Shown here piece after piece: positions 37,712 through 51,647 of a DNA stretch of 64,000 bases. The stretch lies in the NCBI GenBank assembly GCA_040437565.1, contig JBDOQK010000010.1, positions 186,001 to 250,000 of the forward strand. The letters run 5' to 3'. How positions within the stretch are numbered: the first letter of the stretch is position 1; each line of letters begins with the position of its first letter. The translations under genes were made by a program, and so were the position numbers. The notes beneath the pieces are model-generated. The model made no database searches, was not told where the DNA came from, and saw only the letters and a program-made list of their open reading frames with translations. The DNA comes from Albugo candida (Eukaryota).

Positions 37712-40347
37712 GGCCCAGTCGATGACCATGAAGTCGAGATTTGTATAAGAGAAGAGCTGAAGCAGCTCGTGATTCGGGATATTGTGCTATACTCCTGTGA
37801 GTGTAGCAAGACTCAAGTTCAGGCGGTAAAAGCTGCTTAAATTATTGGGGAAATTTGTGTCTTGTCTGGAAAGCTCAAACAGAAGCGGCCTACACATTCG
37901 CATACAATATACGTAAAGATTTGAAGATGTCATGTATATCGGTGCTATTTTGTACGATTCGGTAGCCATTCTCTCGATCAAAGAGCTAAAATGCTGCTGA
38001 TGAAGCTCACATTACCGATTTTCAATTTTGAAATCCAACTTGTCTTGCATGAGCTTCTTCCATTTTTCCAAACCGAGCATTCTCGATCAGGTGTGTCGAA
38101 GGCTTTCGCATAGCCAATTCGCCACCTTCGCACCGATTTGTTATTGAAGTCCACTAATCAGCCTACTCGATGAGCCAGAAAACGACCAATTCGTGCTGCA
38201 ATTTCCCAATCGCACGCACTTTGCTGGATCTGACGGATTTCAATCCTTTTTTTCTAGCTAAATTCATCCAAATCATCACGGCCGCTCTGTATAAATACTT
38301 TTTGAATCTCTTAGCAGTTCGTGCGAGTGAATTGGTAGCGGTCTGAACCATAGTCTTTATGCTGTGTGAACGCATTCCCCGTCCAGATTGCACAAAGAAG
38401 TCGAGCTTTTTATGCTAGACTATTGCTATCTCGTGACGGGCCTTCCTAGGCATTAATGAATTTTTTCGACACTTATGCAGGAGCATGTGCCCGGTCTTCA
38501 GTTTCCTCCGCGAAACAATTGCTCCTTATCAACTGATTGAATGCGACAACAGGACGATCTTGGGTCCTCTTCACCTTCATCACTTATTTCTATCTAATGC
38601 GTCGGATACGTCTGAAAGCAAATACTCTCATTTATCGTCCTTTCAACAAATACGTCGATCCTGTCTGATGAATTGAGGCGCATGACGACGCGGTACGCTT
38701 CAATGTTGTATTGGGCTATTTGGTAAATTAAGAGATTTACATTGGTCAAATATGGCTTTCTCTAACTGTACTGAAAGAAACCTGATTTAGTTTGTAATAT
38801 TCATAGAACAAATACTTGCGATAAATAATGGCCGAGATTGCGGAGATTCCGGAAGCTGAACCTGAAAAAGTAGTGGAAGTAAGCGCTAAAGAAGAAGAGC
38901 AAAGCGTAGAAAAGCCTCCAATTTGTGCAACTGGTACATGGGCTGATGCGGAAGATGAGCATCCGGCGGAGGAATCAGCNNNNNNNNNNNNNNNNNNNNN
39001 NNNNNNNNNNNNNNNNNNNNNNNNNNNNNNNNNNNNNNNNNNNNNNNNNNNNNNNNNNNNNNNNNNNNNNNNNNNNNNNGGCCCAGTCGATGACCATGAA
39101 GTCGAGATTTGTATAAGAGAAGAGCTGAAGCAGCTCGTGATTCGGGATATTGTGCTATACTCCTGTGAGTGTAGCAAGACTCAAGTTCAGGCGGTAAAAG
39201 CTGCTTAAATTATTGGGGAAATTTGTGTCTTGTCTGGAAAGCTCAAACAGAAGCGGCCTACACATTCGCATACAATATACGTAAAGATTTGAAGATGTCA
39301 TGTATATCGGTGCTATTTTGTACGATTCGGTAGCCATTCTCTCGATCAAAGAGCTAAAATGCTGCTGATGAAGCTCACATTACCGATTTTCAATTTTGAA
39401 ATCCAACTTGTCTTGCATGAGCTTCTTCCATTTTTCCAAACCGAGCATTCTCGATCAGGTGTGTCGAAGGCTTTCGCATAGCCAATTCGCCACCTTCGCA
39501 CCGATTTGTTATTGAAGTCCACTAATCAGCCTACTCGATGAGCCAGAAAACGACCAATTCGTGCTGCAATTTCCCAATCGCACGCACTTTGCTGGATCTG
39601 ACGGATTTCAATCCTTTTTTTCTAGCTAAATTCATCCAAATCATCACGGCCGCTCTGTATAAATACTTTTTGAATCTCTTAGCAGTTCGTGCGAGTGAAT
39701 TGGTAGCGGTCTGAACCATAGTCTTTATGCTGTGTGAACGCATTCCCCGTCCAGATTGCACAAAGAAGTCGAGCTTTTTATGCTAGACTATTGCTATCTC
39801 GTGACGGGCCTTCCTAGGCATTAATGAATTTTTTCGACACTTATGCAGGAGCATGTGCCCGGTCTTCAGTTTCCTCCGCGAAACAATTGCTCCTTATCAA
39901 CTGATTGAATGCGACAACAGGACGATCTTGGGTCCTCTTCACCTTCATCACTTATTTCTATCTAATGCGTCGGATACGTCTGAAAGCAAATACTCTCATT
40001 TATCGTCCTTTCAACAAATACGTCGATCCTGTCTGATGAATTGAGGCGCATGACGACGCGGTACGCTTCAATGTTGTATTGGGCTATTTGGTAAATTAAG
40101 AGATTTACATTGGTCAAATATGGCTTTCTCTAACTGTACTGAAAGAAACCTGATTTAGTTTGTAATATTCATAGAACAAATACTTGCGATAAATAATGGC
40201 CGAGATTGCGGAGATTCCGGAAGCTGAACCTGAAAAAGTAGTGGAAGTAAGCGCTAAAGAAGAAGAGCAAAGCGTAGAAAAGCCTCCAATTTGTGCAACT
40301 GGTACATGGGCTGATGCGGAAGATGAGCATCCGGCGGAGGAATCAGC
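37712..40347. repeat. ~1.27-kb apparently identical duplication across an N gap (37712-38979 / 39080-40347)
   Basis: The same ORF translations recur at an offset of 1368 nt, including a duplicate 5' end of DBP5. Confidence 0.9.
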
Positions 40348-41803
40348 TCCAGATCTCGAATGTGCTGCTGTTGATGACATAGTACAAAGCATGGAGCAAA
40401 TTTTGGCACTTGGACAAGGCTTAGACGACCAAGATTACAAAGCGGAGCTCAATGTCTTACAAAACGATCCAGAATCAAATTTGTATTCCGCTGTTACGTT
40501 TGAAGAGCTCAATCTGTAATGTCAAACTATTAATCGAGGAACTGATGTCTCACTTTTCGTGTGTATGCTATCTGGTACGATGTTGCTTCTTGAAGACCTG
40601 AGATGCTTTTAAAAGGAGTGTATGGCATGAAATTTACCAAACCCTCAAAAATTCAGTCCGTCGCGTTACCTCTCATTCTTAGCGAGTACGATGTATATGT
40701 CACAATCCATGAATGTACATCACAATCTCTTCACATATTGTAGTCCACCAGAAAATCTCATAGGTCAAGCACAAAGTGGAAGTGGAAAGACTGCAACATT
40801 CGCATTGGGTATGCTATATCGTGTGGATCCAGACATCCATTCACCCCAGGCGCTCTGTATCGGTCCGACACGAGAGCTTGTTCGACAAATTAATGCTGTT
40901 GTCAAAGCAATGGGTCAATTCAGTAATGTGGAAACATTCCTTGCTGTTCCAGGTGTCGAAGTAGAACGTGGAAGTCGTATCAAGGCGCCTATAGTTATTG
41001 GTACACCGGGTCGAGTGGAGAATCTGATCAAGCGCAAGTTTTTAGACACCCAAAATCTCAAAATCCTAGTACTTGATGAAGCGGATGTCATGGTCGCAGA
41101 AGATGGACAACGAGAGCGCTCGGTGGCCATCAAGAAGATGATCAAAAATCGAAATTGTCAGTTTCTATTGTTTTCGGCAACATATGCCGATGATGTGCGA
41201 GAATTCGCTATGAAAATGGTCCCAAAGCACAACATCATTACAGTGAAGAAAGAAAAACTGACTTTGGACGGAATCAAGCAATTTTGGATCGATTGTGCTT
41301 CTAGAGAGACGAAATACAAAGTTGTCTCAGATCTGTTTGCAATCACAACCATTGGCAAGTGCGTGATTTTTGTTCAATCACGGGAGAACGCAAAGGAGTT
41401 GAAACAACGGATGCGAGATGAAGGACACTCGGTTGGTATTTTGCACGGGGCGGATATGGCCAAGGAAGTACGCGATCAAATGATTGATGAGTTTCGTTTG
41501 GGAACCACAAATGTTCTTATCACAACCAATGTATTGGCTCGCGGGATAGACATAGCGGGGGTATCGCTTGTTGTGAATTTTGACATTCCACTTACGAGAG
41601 ATCGCAAACCAGATCCTGAGACTTATTTGCATCGTATTGGACGCACAGGACGTTTTGGTCGGAAAGGCTGCGCTATCAATCTTGTTCATGATGAACAGAG
41701 CAAACTCGCTTTGGCTAGCATCGAAGCGCATTACGGCCGACCCATTGCACAAGCTCCCGCAGATGACATAGAGGAGCTCGAGAAGTTGCTCTCATGGACG
41801 TAA
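40196..41803 (+). CDS. DBP5: DEAD-box RNA helicase Dbp5/DDX19 (mRNA export), 3 exons
   Basis: LYSAVTFEELNL | LLKGVYGMKFTKPSKIQ | AQSGSGKT, PTREL, GTPG, DEAD, FSAT, ARGID and PDPETYLHRIGRTGRFG. Confidence 0.95.
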
Positions 41804-42529
41804 GTGCGTGCTTTACGTAGAAAGTATGAACTTTGCGGAATAAATAGTGCGGAAGATAAATAACCGGTATTTACCGTCTTTGATCTCGAAGTACTGGGTA
41901 GGAAGCTCTGTCTATGATAGCCGAGAAGCGCACCGGAGATGAAGGCATGTGAAAAGAGTGGTGGTATTGGGCTTAATTGGATACTGGTAATGTAGTGTCA
42001 TGTAATGAAGGATTGGCCGCTTGGATCAGCTGATAAGCTAATGATATTTTCTTCACATTCAAAAAAGCAACTGAGAAACACCTGGAGAAAAATCATATGT
42101 GAAAATATCCGAATGAAACTCTCGGTACAAAGTAGCAATCATCGTTGTGCGCAAAATAGCAATTTATTGCCAACTCGCATTACTGACACGCAAATTTCCT
42201 CGTAAGATCTGATTTTCGACATCTTCTGATTTCATTATTTCATTGTACGACTTCATTCGGTCAGTACTGGTGACACGATTTCTGGAGTTGGAGAATTCTA
42301 TTACTGATCTGAAATAGAGCTACTTCTCCCTGTTAAGACCCACTTGTGTATATAGCTGCTGGAAGCCATAAGATGGTCCAAAGCGCAATTACAGAAAGGT
42401 TGCCGGAACATCCAGATCAAGTTGAGTAATTATTCGACACAACCAAGCTGAGCCCTGTATAAACCATCCTGTGCTTGTGAAAGCTTTTTGTGTGACTGCC
42501 ATTGTCAAATTCCAAGACCTCTCAGCGTG

Positions 42530-45352
42530 TTAAATTGACGTCCGGTCTTTCATGCTGCCCGTATCGTCCGAATCAAACTTATTACCAGAATGAGCAGCCA
42601 ATTTTGCAGCCAATGCGCCGTTGATCTCTCTTAGTACTTCCATTTGCTCCCGTTGTGTATGCAGCGCGTCCGTCAGCTCGTTCACAACTCGTTGAAGAGA
42701 CTGATTCTGCTCCAGAAGTGAGTTTTTCCGCTTCTTCTTGGACTTCATCGAAGATGTACCCTTTGCGCCCAAAAATAGAGTCTCCAGTCCAAACACGCCG
42801 CTTGGTTTATCATGATCACTGGAATCAATGGAAACATTCGACACAATGGAGCGGGATGATAAAGTCTCTGGGTGCACTCTGACCCTCTGACCGTTATGCG
42901 TTTCTGGTTCTTCAAATTGGTCCAATTTGGACAATTTGATTCTCGATTTGTTCGCTGTATCCTCGTCCTGAAGACACTTCTCTTCCAGGCTCTTTTGCGT
43001 CTTTTCATAAAGCCTTCGCAGTCGATCAAGTTCCTGACTCTGTGACTTGCATTTAGATACCAGCCTATTTTTATCTGTCTGGAGCTCAATGACGGACGAT
43101 TCTAAGGCTTCAATTCGATTCCGCTTTGTTTGTATCGTTCGTTGAGACTCGTACAGCTCATTTTTCCATTTTTCTTCGCTTGCAAATGTATACAGTGAGT
43201 TTGAGTCATTAAATGTATGGAGTTTTTGTATGTCTGATTGGAGACGAGAAACCTTTTCTTCCAAGTGGAAAGTTTTGATCTTCAATTCGGATGCATTCTC
43301 GCCAAGGACTTTATTCTGATGAGTCACATGGTCCAGCTTGGTCTCCAGTTGATAAATTCGTAATTGTCGACCTTCAATGCGTTGGTCCTTCACGTCGAGT
43401 AATGCTTTGCATGTATCGCTCTCGTCCTCAGTGATTTTGAGTTTGATCGATAATGACATGAGCTTTCCCTGCAGAATTTCATTCTCACGTTTCAGCGAGT
43501 ACGTGTGATCCTGTTCGTAGCTCGTTTTGGACGCAGAAGAACTCCGAATTGAGTCTTTTGAGCAAGAAAGGCTCTGAGTGTTCTCGGAAACCGATGTGCA
43601 ATTCTCAGGCTGGGGGTCTGTGAGCCCAAATATTTTGGCAAGGTTAAGATCCTCTCCATCGCTGGAATTCATTTCATCAATTCGTTCCCGCACATGCTCA
43701 ATTTGACGAGAAGAGTCATCGCCATCACTTGAGAGAGATTCTTCTGTGGAATGAGCACTGGATGCCGGGTCCATGTACAGACTCCACTCGTCATGTCGTG
43801 CTTTTTCTTCTTCTTCCAGAGTCAATTTTTTTTGCCGAATCCTCCGGATCAAAGCTGTAATAATATCGCGATGTTCGGGATTTGGAGCCACAAGAAAGAA
43901 ACAAGACACGGACTCGAGAGACTTGAGATTTGGTCGCGACATATCACAAACATCACCATTTTTATTCCCGAGGAAAGTTCCCAGTTCCTTGACCTTCAAA
44001 ATAAATCGCACCGAATCCACTGGGTCCAGAAGCACCTGAAGATGGCAATGATACGAACAGCTCGCAACCAAGCCTGCGTCATTGTTTTGATCTGATATTT
44101 TCAGTAGTTGAACACCTTGCTCCTTATCGATTTTGATCTGAAAATGGTCGGAATCACAGCTTGCAAGTGTAGCAGAGAAGGAGCCAGCATCAGCGTCGAA
44201 CAAATCCTGGACGATATTTTCGATATACGGGCTCATTTCAAAGCGATACGACGCCTCAATGATCCTTACAAGCTCTGGATACTGTCTGGAAGTTACACGA
44301 CACGCAATAAGACACCCAACATCATCAAGAGTCGAATTGTACGCTACGTCGTGAACACCTTTGATCACACTGAGCTCTTTTGTTTCGGTTTTCCGATACC
44401 ATTTCAAATGAAATACCTCAGTGAGATCGCTTTTTTTCCAGTATTTCATGCTTTCGGGTTGATCCTTTATCCGATCCCAAGCGACAGAAACAAATAACGG
44501 CGTTGTGTGATACAATTTTGGCTCCAGACACAAATCGCCGGGATTCTCAATGAGATCAGTTGACACCTTTTGGTGCATCTCAATATGAGCCAGTATGACC
44601 GTAAGACTCTCACGGTCCTTTTCAGAGCTCAAGTTGGGTCGTCCCATCCGCTTGAGGAATGTCTTGACATTATTTGTTTGGAACTTTTTCTTCAAATTCT
44701 GTCGCCGAGTCTTTTTATCTAGACGCGATGCTGATCTAGAAGGATCTGAGAGGCAAGTAGTCGATCCGCTCACAACATTCCGTAGTCCGTCCATTACTAC
44801 ATCGTTCTTCGTACTCCAATCTATCATTTGACCGAAATTCACACCCCAAGATTTATGAGAATCCTCCTGTTTTATACTGGTAGAGCGCTCGGAATTCCCG
44901 GACACTAGTATCGTTACTTTTCTGTGAAATGTAACTACGAGCGGGAATGTCGCTGCTCGAATAAGCTCAATAATCTCAGTGAAGGGCATCGCGGTCAGTA
45001 TACACTCGTTCAAAGCGTAAATCTCGTCATCAATAGAAATCTCTCCGCATGCTTGTGCTTTTGAAAGGCTTCCGTCAGGCATCTTTCTAAACGACTTGAC
45101 GTAGGCTCCTGTTCCATCGTGTCTCGAGTATAAGTCCATGTAGAGGGGTCCAGACTCCGAGAATTGGACGCGAATGACTCTGTAATCGGATTCTTTGTCG
45201 ATTCTGTCCACCGAATTCTTACTTTTCAGTTGTTTTTCACATTCCTCTTCCTCCTGAATGTCCAATGATCTTTGCATAATTTCTTCATTGGAAGCTTCGG
45301 AATCAGAAGCCATCGTATTGGTATCTGTTATAGCATTTGATTCCGCGTCCAT
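42530..45352 (-). CDS. PDZ-like domain plus C-terminal coiled-coil protein
   Basis: Uninterrupted ~940-aa ORF from the first ATG. PDZ-like segment GPLYMDL...GAYVKSF...GEISIDDEIYALN...IIELIRAATFPLVVTF, and a heptad-rich C-terminus. Confidence 0.85.
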   Translation of the reverse strand: MDAESNAITDTNTMASDSEASNEEIMQRSLDIQEEEECEKQLKSKNSVDRIDKESDYRVIRVQFSESGPLYMDLYSRHDGTGAYVKSFRKMPDGSLSKAQACGEISIDDEIYALNECILTAMPFTEIIELIRAATFPLVVTFHRKVTILVSGNSERSTSIKQEDSHKSWGVNFGQMIDWSTKNDVVMDGLRNVVSGSTTCLSDPSRSASRLDKKTRRQNLKKKFQTNNVKTFLKRMGRPNLSSEKDRESLTVILAHIEMHQKVSTDLIENPGDLCLEPKLYHTTPLFVSVAWDRIKDQPESMKYWKKSDLTEVFHLKWYRKTETKELSVIKGVHDVAYNSTLDDVGCLIACRVTSRQYPELVRIIEASYRFEMSPYIENIVQDLFDADAGSFSATLASCDSDHFQIKIDKEQGVQLLKISDQNNDAGLVASCSYHCHLQVLLDPVDSVRFILKVKELGTFLGNKNGDVCDMSRPNLKSLESVSCFFLVAPNPEHRDIITALIRRIRQKKLTLEEEEKARHDEWSLYMDPASSAHSTEESLSSDGDDSSRQIEHVRERIDEMNSSDGEDLNLAKIFGLTDPQPENCTSVSENTQSLSCSKDSIRSSSASKTSYEQDHTYSLKRENEILQGKLMSLSIKLKITEDESDTCKALLDVKDQRIEGRQLRIYQLETKLDHVTHQNKVLGENASELKIKTFHLEEKVSRLQSDIQKLHTFNDSNSLYTFASEEKWKNELYESQRTIQTKRNRIEALESSVIELQTDKNRLVSKCKSQSQELDRLRRLYEKTQKSLEEKCLQDEDTANKSRIKLSKLDQFEEPETHNGQRVRVHPETLSSRSIVSNVSIDSSDHDKPSGVFGLETLFLGAKGTSSMKSKKKRKNSLLEQNQSLQRVVNELTDALHTQREQMEVLREINGALAAKLAAHSGNKFDSDDTGSMKDRTSI

Positions 45353-46430
45353 AAGTTCAGATTGCTTATTAACAGTGTTAGTGTGATACTTCACACCGAT
45401 TGTAGCTCAAAGAGCGAGAATCTCGACTTTTATTGTGTCGCGATTCCGTTACGGAGAATCAGATGAATACATAGAAATACAACCAATCACAAGGGCGAAA
45501 CGCATTCATCGAGCCAATGGGATCGGAGCCCTCTGTGCGGCTTTTCGCCGATTGCTCCATCGATTATTTGACCGATCGTATCCTCATGCAACAGATTGAA
45601 TTGATAACAGCGGTAAATAGTTGCCTCTGCTAGTTGGAAGTTTAGAGAGCGTAGAAGCCATCTCATGCCTGCGTATGAACGGAGATGCAATGAAAAGTGC
45701 AACTGGTGAGTGCGGCCGACTTGTAGCAGCTTTACTTTCTCTGATTCGGGCATTTTACGAGTGTATTTATTGTCAGTCAAATAATCCTTACACGCTATAA
45801 AGACTGCGATATCGGGTAGTTCTATCTATTAGTCGATTATTCGGCGGACAGCATAGTGCATATTGATGTGATTATTTATTCGCACCAATTGATTCGCTTT
45901 CAGGGCAACTATGCCAAGTATTGTGCTTTGTTCCAAGAGTCCAAGAAGCCGACAAAGGTATCGATAATTATCACACAATACATCAAATGAGCCTTTCTTA
46001 TGCTCTATTTGCATACCTCTACCTGTGCTATCTATCTATATCTGACATTTATGACTGATCCATTTACAGAAAGTCGTACTATTCATTCTTAGTATCCCTT
46101 CAAGGATGCACGTACTTTGCATGCTATAAGATCAATGAGCAGTACCTGGATACCGACAAGTATCATGTGATTGACTCGTCTGGCAAATCTCAAAGGTTAC
46201 ATGCCTCGATCGCAAACGATTCTGTAATTAAATTTGTACTCATGCAGCAGGTAAATGTCTCGTCTACCGGAATGACTCCGACTTTCCTTCTTTTTTTCTG
46301 CTTTTCTGCAAATTCTTCCATGAAATTATCAAAATTCATGCAAGTGTTCAGATACGAAAAAGTTTGATTTTTCATTGCACTTTGAAGGTTTCTTGGAAAG
46401 CTTTCTATTGAAACAAAAGACAACAGAGGT

Positions 46431-47881
46431 ATGGTACAAGTCTTTAGCACTCGTTCGAATGCACGATTAGATAGACGCAAGTTTCGCTGTCCTCCTTTGT
46501 CGAGAAAGAGAAAGAAACAAATAGTGGAAGAGGCAAATGCAGCATGCGACGAATTGATTCGTTTCTCCGCGTCAGAAATGTTTGATTCAGCAGAACAAGA
46601 GCTCTATAATCATGGTGACGATGCGGTCAAATGGCAACATTTCGACCAGATTCAAAGTATCAAAATAGAACGTGTGAAAATCCGGTCGGAAACAAAGAAA
46701 TCCATGTATTATTTTCGAGGGATTACGCAAATGGAAGCCGCTATCGAAGATGTCATGAAAGNNNNNNNNNNNNNNNNNNNNNNNNNNNNNNNNNNNNNNN
46801 NNNNNNNNNNNNNNNNNNNNNNNNNNNNNNNNNNNNNNNNNNNNNNNNNNNNNNNNNNNNNCAAATGGAAGCCGCTATCGAAGATGTCATGAAAGTATAC
46901 AAAGTTAACGTAGACCACCCAAATCTAGAGCTGGAGGCCAAGATCTCTCAATTGATACATTCCACAATCTTATATGAAGTGAAACCTTATGATCCCGTTG
47001 AAGAACTCATTTTTGTTGGAATTCGATGGGCGGAATTCCAGCTGCCGTATCTCTTTGTCCGTCATCGCGATCTATGTTTTCTGGAGTGTCAGCGAATGTT
47101 TCGTCTCGCCGACGGTCGTCGTGGCTTTGCGCGCTGTCTCCACTCTGTTAAATTACAATCGTGCCCGGAAATGGAAGCAGATCACGGCCTTATACGCGCG
47201 AGTATTTATCGGTCCGGAACGGTATTCCTCGAAAGCCGACGCGATCGACGCATTTTGGAGTGCGTACACGCAATGTACATCGATCTGAAGGGCAAAGTAC
47301 CGCGTTGGATTGCAGCTGCGGGGATGCGGAAGCACTTATTATCGCTGGAAGAGCTTAAAAAGTATGTCAATATGCAGCGTTTAGTCGCACAACCATTTGC
47401 AAAACAGCAAGTCATTCAATCACGCGAGAAAGCAAAAGCCTGTTTTGTCTGTGTGGACGATTTGGGAACGTTTCGAAGACGATTTCAATGCAAAAAGTGT
47501 GGCGAAGTTATTTGTCGACGATGTAAAATCTGTATATATGCCGAAGTTCCGATCGTCGGGAGAATGAAATTAACCATTTGCTCACTTTGCTCGCTGGCTG
47601 TCGATCGTGGATTTGCACCCGACACCAATTTGGATTATGACAGCAGCGGAGAGCGGCCATGCACAACACCGCTGCCAGTGTATCGAGACGGCGGGAATGC
47701 TGGACCTTCCGTGCGCAAACGAGCGTTAAGTGTCAATTCGTTTCATACAGCCAATATCGATCAATCTACCGTGTACTCGTTATTTCAAAGTCACAACGGC
47801 GATTTGGACGATGTATACAAAGAAGGTACTGAAAGCAACCTACCATTGAGCAATCAAGACCACTATCGACCACGAGCATAG
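46431..47881 (+). CDS. START-like lipid-binding domain plus FYVE-type zinc finger protein
   Basis: RHRDLCFLECQ..GRRGFARCLHSV..CPE and IDLKGKVPRW, then CFVC..FRRRFQCKKCGEVICRRC..ICSLC. Split by the N gap at 46762-46861 with a ~34-bp overlap. Confidence 0.88.
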
Positions 47882-47963
47882 CGATACATGATGTCTCAAG
47901 AGCGAGATCAATAAGACACAATACAGCCAGGAAAAAAGCCCGATTCTCATTCGTCATTACTTC

Positions 47964-50900
47964 CTAGACTGCCCTATCAATTCCAGCTCGAACGCCACCA
48001 CGAAAAAGAAGATCTTGGATTTCTTCTTTTTGAGCCGTGTTGGAATTGTTCAGATTCTCAATCAATTGTCGGACTTTTTTCTCTTGTTTAAAGTACTGAA
48101 GGGCGAGATTCGCGAGATTGCTCTGTGGAAGATCTTCCGTGTACTGCAAACCTTCGCGATACACAATCTTGCTGGCCAGAGAAGATGCCACAATGCACTT
48201 GAGATACGCTCGAGGAACATTACTCTCCACACGAGTCAATGCAAGCTCCTGCAGTTNNNNNNNNNNNNNNNNNNNNNNNNNNNNNNNNNNNNNNNNNNNN
48301 NNNNNNNNNNNNNNNNNNNNNNNNNNNNNNNNNNNNNNNNNNNNNNNNNNNNNNNNGCGAGATTGCTCTGTGGAAGATCTTCCGTGTACTGCAAACCTTC
48401 GCGATACACAATCTTGCTGGCCAGAGAAGATGCCACAATGCACTTGAGATACGCTCGAGGAACATTACTCTCCACACGAGTCAATGCAAGCTCCTGCAGT
48501 TTAAGAGGCAAATGCTCTTGAACGAGCGTCATCAACACCTTTTGATCGTCACTCGACAAGTCATCAAACGCCTGTAAAATGGCGTCATGCACGCGGATGA
48601 TTGCTCGACTGATACGCTCACTGCATGGAGGCAAAGCCACATTGGGGTTCTTTTTGTATTCGCGGAATAAAAGCTCGGCTTCCACGCACGCCAATTGACG
48701 CAATTTATCAACGACTTGAGCGACCAATTCCGATTTGACATGAAGAAATTCCTCGGTTTCCAGCAACATACTGGCAATGATCTCATACGAGCTGCAAATC
48801 ACTCCACATTTGTTTGCAGAGCTGTCTTTCACAATGACAACACCGGCGTGATCAAACAACAATTGTCTCGCTTCTGGTGTGATAAACAAATTGGCTCCTT
48901 CGACAATAAGCCGACACGATGGTTTTCCACTTGGGGTCAGATACTCGCGCCAATTGTTCTCATTGATCGTGTTGGGACGACCACCCGCTGGAATGAAGAG
49001 ATCGCTACGTATCCGATTATGCATCGAATTTCGTGCACGTATTCCCTGCGGGGTATCGGCGCTTGAGAAGACGCCATTCACACCGAGTGTATCGACGTTG
49101 TATGCGGCCAGAGGCTGTGATGTCTCAACCAGCCGCAGTAATTCCTTCATATCGAGCCCATCTGGATTCTCAAGGGAGCCTGTGCCATCGCAAATACCAA
49201 CCACACGAACATTCTTCCCATATTGACGATCAAGTATTTTGATTATGTTACCAGCGACATCTCCATCGGTTCCTCCGGTAATTTTCACTGTGAATGGCTG
49301 TGACGTTGGATCAATGTTTTGAGAGCGTAATGCCACATCTGCGAATACCGCGACACCTTCACTGGTGACACCATACGTTTTATGATTGATCCCTGCGTCT
49401 GGTTTGGAGCTGATGAATGCCCGCGGAATCGGATATCCACGGGATGCTGCTCGTTTGGTCATCCACGTGATGTCTGATGGAATGATATTCTCATCCGGCC
49501 CGAGGTAGATGAGCTCTTCTCTCTCATAGTAATCGACAATCCGATTCCGAACATTTGTGTCAGTTGTATTGAGATCGAGCAATGCATCAGTGAATGCTTT
49601 GATGGATTTTCGAATCACGAAATCGCGAAGGCCGCTATCCCCACGGAGACCCACAATCGGATCGCACAATACAACGGCTTTGGATCCTCCTTCGGGAATG
49701 TCTTTGTTTTTCAATTGTTGTGCAAACGCCAGATTGTACGCTTCATTGTATTGACGAGCACTTTCAAGCGCATGAGCATCTGTGCTATTGGGATACACGA
49801 CACGTAATCCTCCGCGTGCAATGTCTCGGAAACGAACATGGAAGCCTTTGAAGCGACGACCATACACGTAAAACACGCCAAAAGGAGTGTCCTTTCCAAC
49901 TGTCCCATGACCGACGATCGACGGATCCATTCGAAGTGCTAACGCGTAACGAGACTCTACGAAGCGGTTGGTTCGTAGAGTTCCCACGACAGCATCGACC
50001 ATAGCGTTGAGCAACCATATCGCATCTTCAGCTTCCACGTTACTTCGAATGTCGTTCCGTAGAGCTTTTGCTCGATTTTGTATCTCATCCGTCGACAATT
50101 TTGGCTGCGTGGGGTCGAATTTTCGTAAGAAGAAATTGGCGATTGCGACTGCAATAGGAAGCTGCTGTGGATGCGTGACAACCGTTCCAATTCGATCCAA
50201 CGAGTACGCAAATGGATCCTTTTTCGCCAGCATACCGTGAAGCATATTTGCATACGCGTATATGATCTCACTGCTTTGTAGCTGTACATTTGGATACTTG
50301 CGACATAATTCAATTGGCTGGTCATCGATCCATTTGAGATACTTCAAATCAGCGACAATTTGATCCCAATTTGATTCCTTGGAGCTTTCTTTGTGTGGTG
50401 TGACAAGTATCCGAATCATTGCCACATGCCCGTTACCGGCTTTGTGGTCATTGACGATGTCAAGATGGGCTCGAATCACATTCAAATCGCAAAGGGCCAA
50501 ATACGTTGCGGCTTTTTGTATCATACTTTTCGCTACGACATTAGCTCCAGCGATCGTGAGCATTGTCTGAGGAAGCGTTCCACCACTGAGTTTATTCTCA
50601 TCGCTTCTCGTTTGCCATCCGTGCTCGATATCAACTACGACTCCTTCCGTTCCGCGTACACGATGGAACAATGCCATTTGAGCGGCAATTCGTCGTGGAT
50701 TGCTAAAGCACACATACATCGAATTACATCGATGCAGAAACTCATCGACCTGGTCAGGCTCAAAGTAAGCAGCAGGCTCCGGGTAGTACTCTTTTCCTTT
50801 GAAGACACCGCTTTGGATCTTGGCACAGAATTCTTGGATCTTTGCATACGCCGATTTTTCTTGTTCCGTGGTGCCAGTGAAAGGCTCTGTGATGCGATCA

Positions 50901-51603
50901 AAAGGTGAGGAAGAGATGGAATGAATGGGAAAGCAGCACTGACCTTGAAATCCGTAGCGAAAGATTTCTAGTCCCAAGGTATCGTCCAGCGACGTGAAGA
51001 TCTTCACACGAGCCAACTCGGCTCTACCTTTGATGGATTTCGGCAGCATCGACAGCACATTAGGAAGCACCTTTGGATGATTGGCTACGAGTAGAATTGA
51101 GTTGGAGGATGGTATCGTCTCGAGGATATGCGTGTCGTACCTCCCGTTCGAATGTACGAATACACCTTATGATCTGATGAGCGAAGCATTACTTCGGGCT
51201 GTTGGGCGTGAACCAACGCGGTGACTGCATTGAGATGTTGTAATCGCTCTTCTTGACCGATCGCACGGAAATAGGCCGCGGGCATATTTTCGAGAAACCA
51301 TCTGAGCGATTGAATTCAACTTCGCAGTCGATATTGAGATTTTACAATGTACGTACGGGACAGTTTTCGTCGCTGCGTCGTGTTGGTGTTTTGTCAATGC
51401 TTGGAGCAAATCTTCTGGAGACTCATGCACCTGATACCATTGCGTCATCAACAAAGTCGACATCGGATGCGTGTCGGACGGCGTACCTGTGTATTGAGGT
51501 AGCATTTGAAAAGATTGGATCTCCTTTGCACCAAAGAGCGTTTCGCATGTGCATGTAGAGCAGAGGCGCTGGCGGAGACGCGAATCTTTAGGAGCAGAGT
51601 CAT
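47964..51603 (-). CDS. GDH2: Large NAD-specific glutamate dehydrogenase (GDH2 type), several 5' introns, mitochondrial-type presequence
   Basis: GFHVRFRDIARGGLR, QQLKNKDIPEGGSK, YLGPDEN, GINHKTYGVTS, TGGTDGDVAG, PAGGRP, VEGANLF and DSSANKCGVICSSYE. Start MTLLLKIRVSASAS at 51603. The 3' end is split by an N gap. Confidence 0.93.
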
Positions 51604-51647
51604 TACGTGAGACTCACAAATTTATTGTGCGAAAAAAACAGTCTGTG

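Noticed and set aside
37712..40347. Apparent tandem duplication producing a truncated second DBP5 (38828-38979) and a chimeric ORF 38828-39208
   Set aside because: The copies appear identical and abut a 100-N gap, which indicates an unmerged contig overlap.
739..48500. Short direct repeats flanking the gaps at 797, 6800, 8107, 21799, 32666, 46762 and 48257
   Set aside because: All are identical contig-end overlaps around fixed 100-N spacers, not TSDs or biological repeats. They also explain the apparent frameshifts in the START-FYVE and GDH2 genes.
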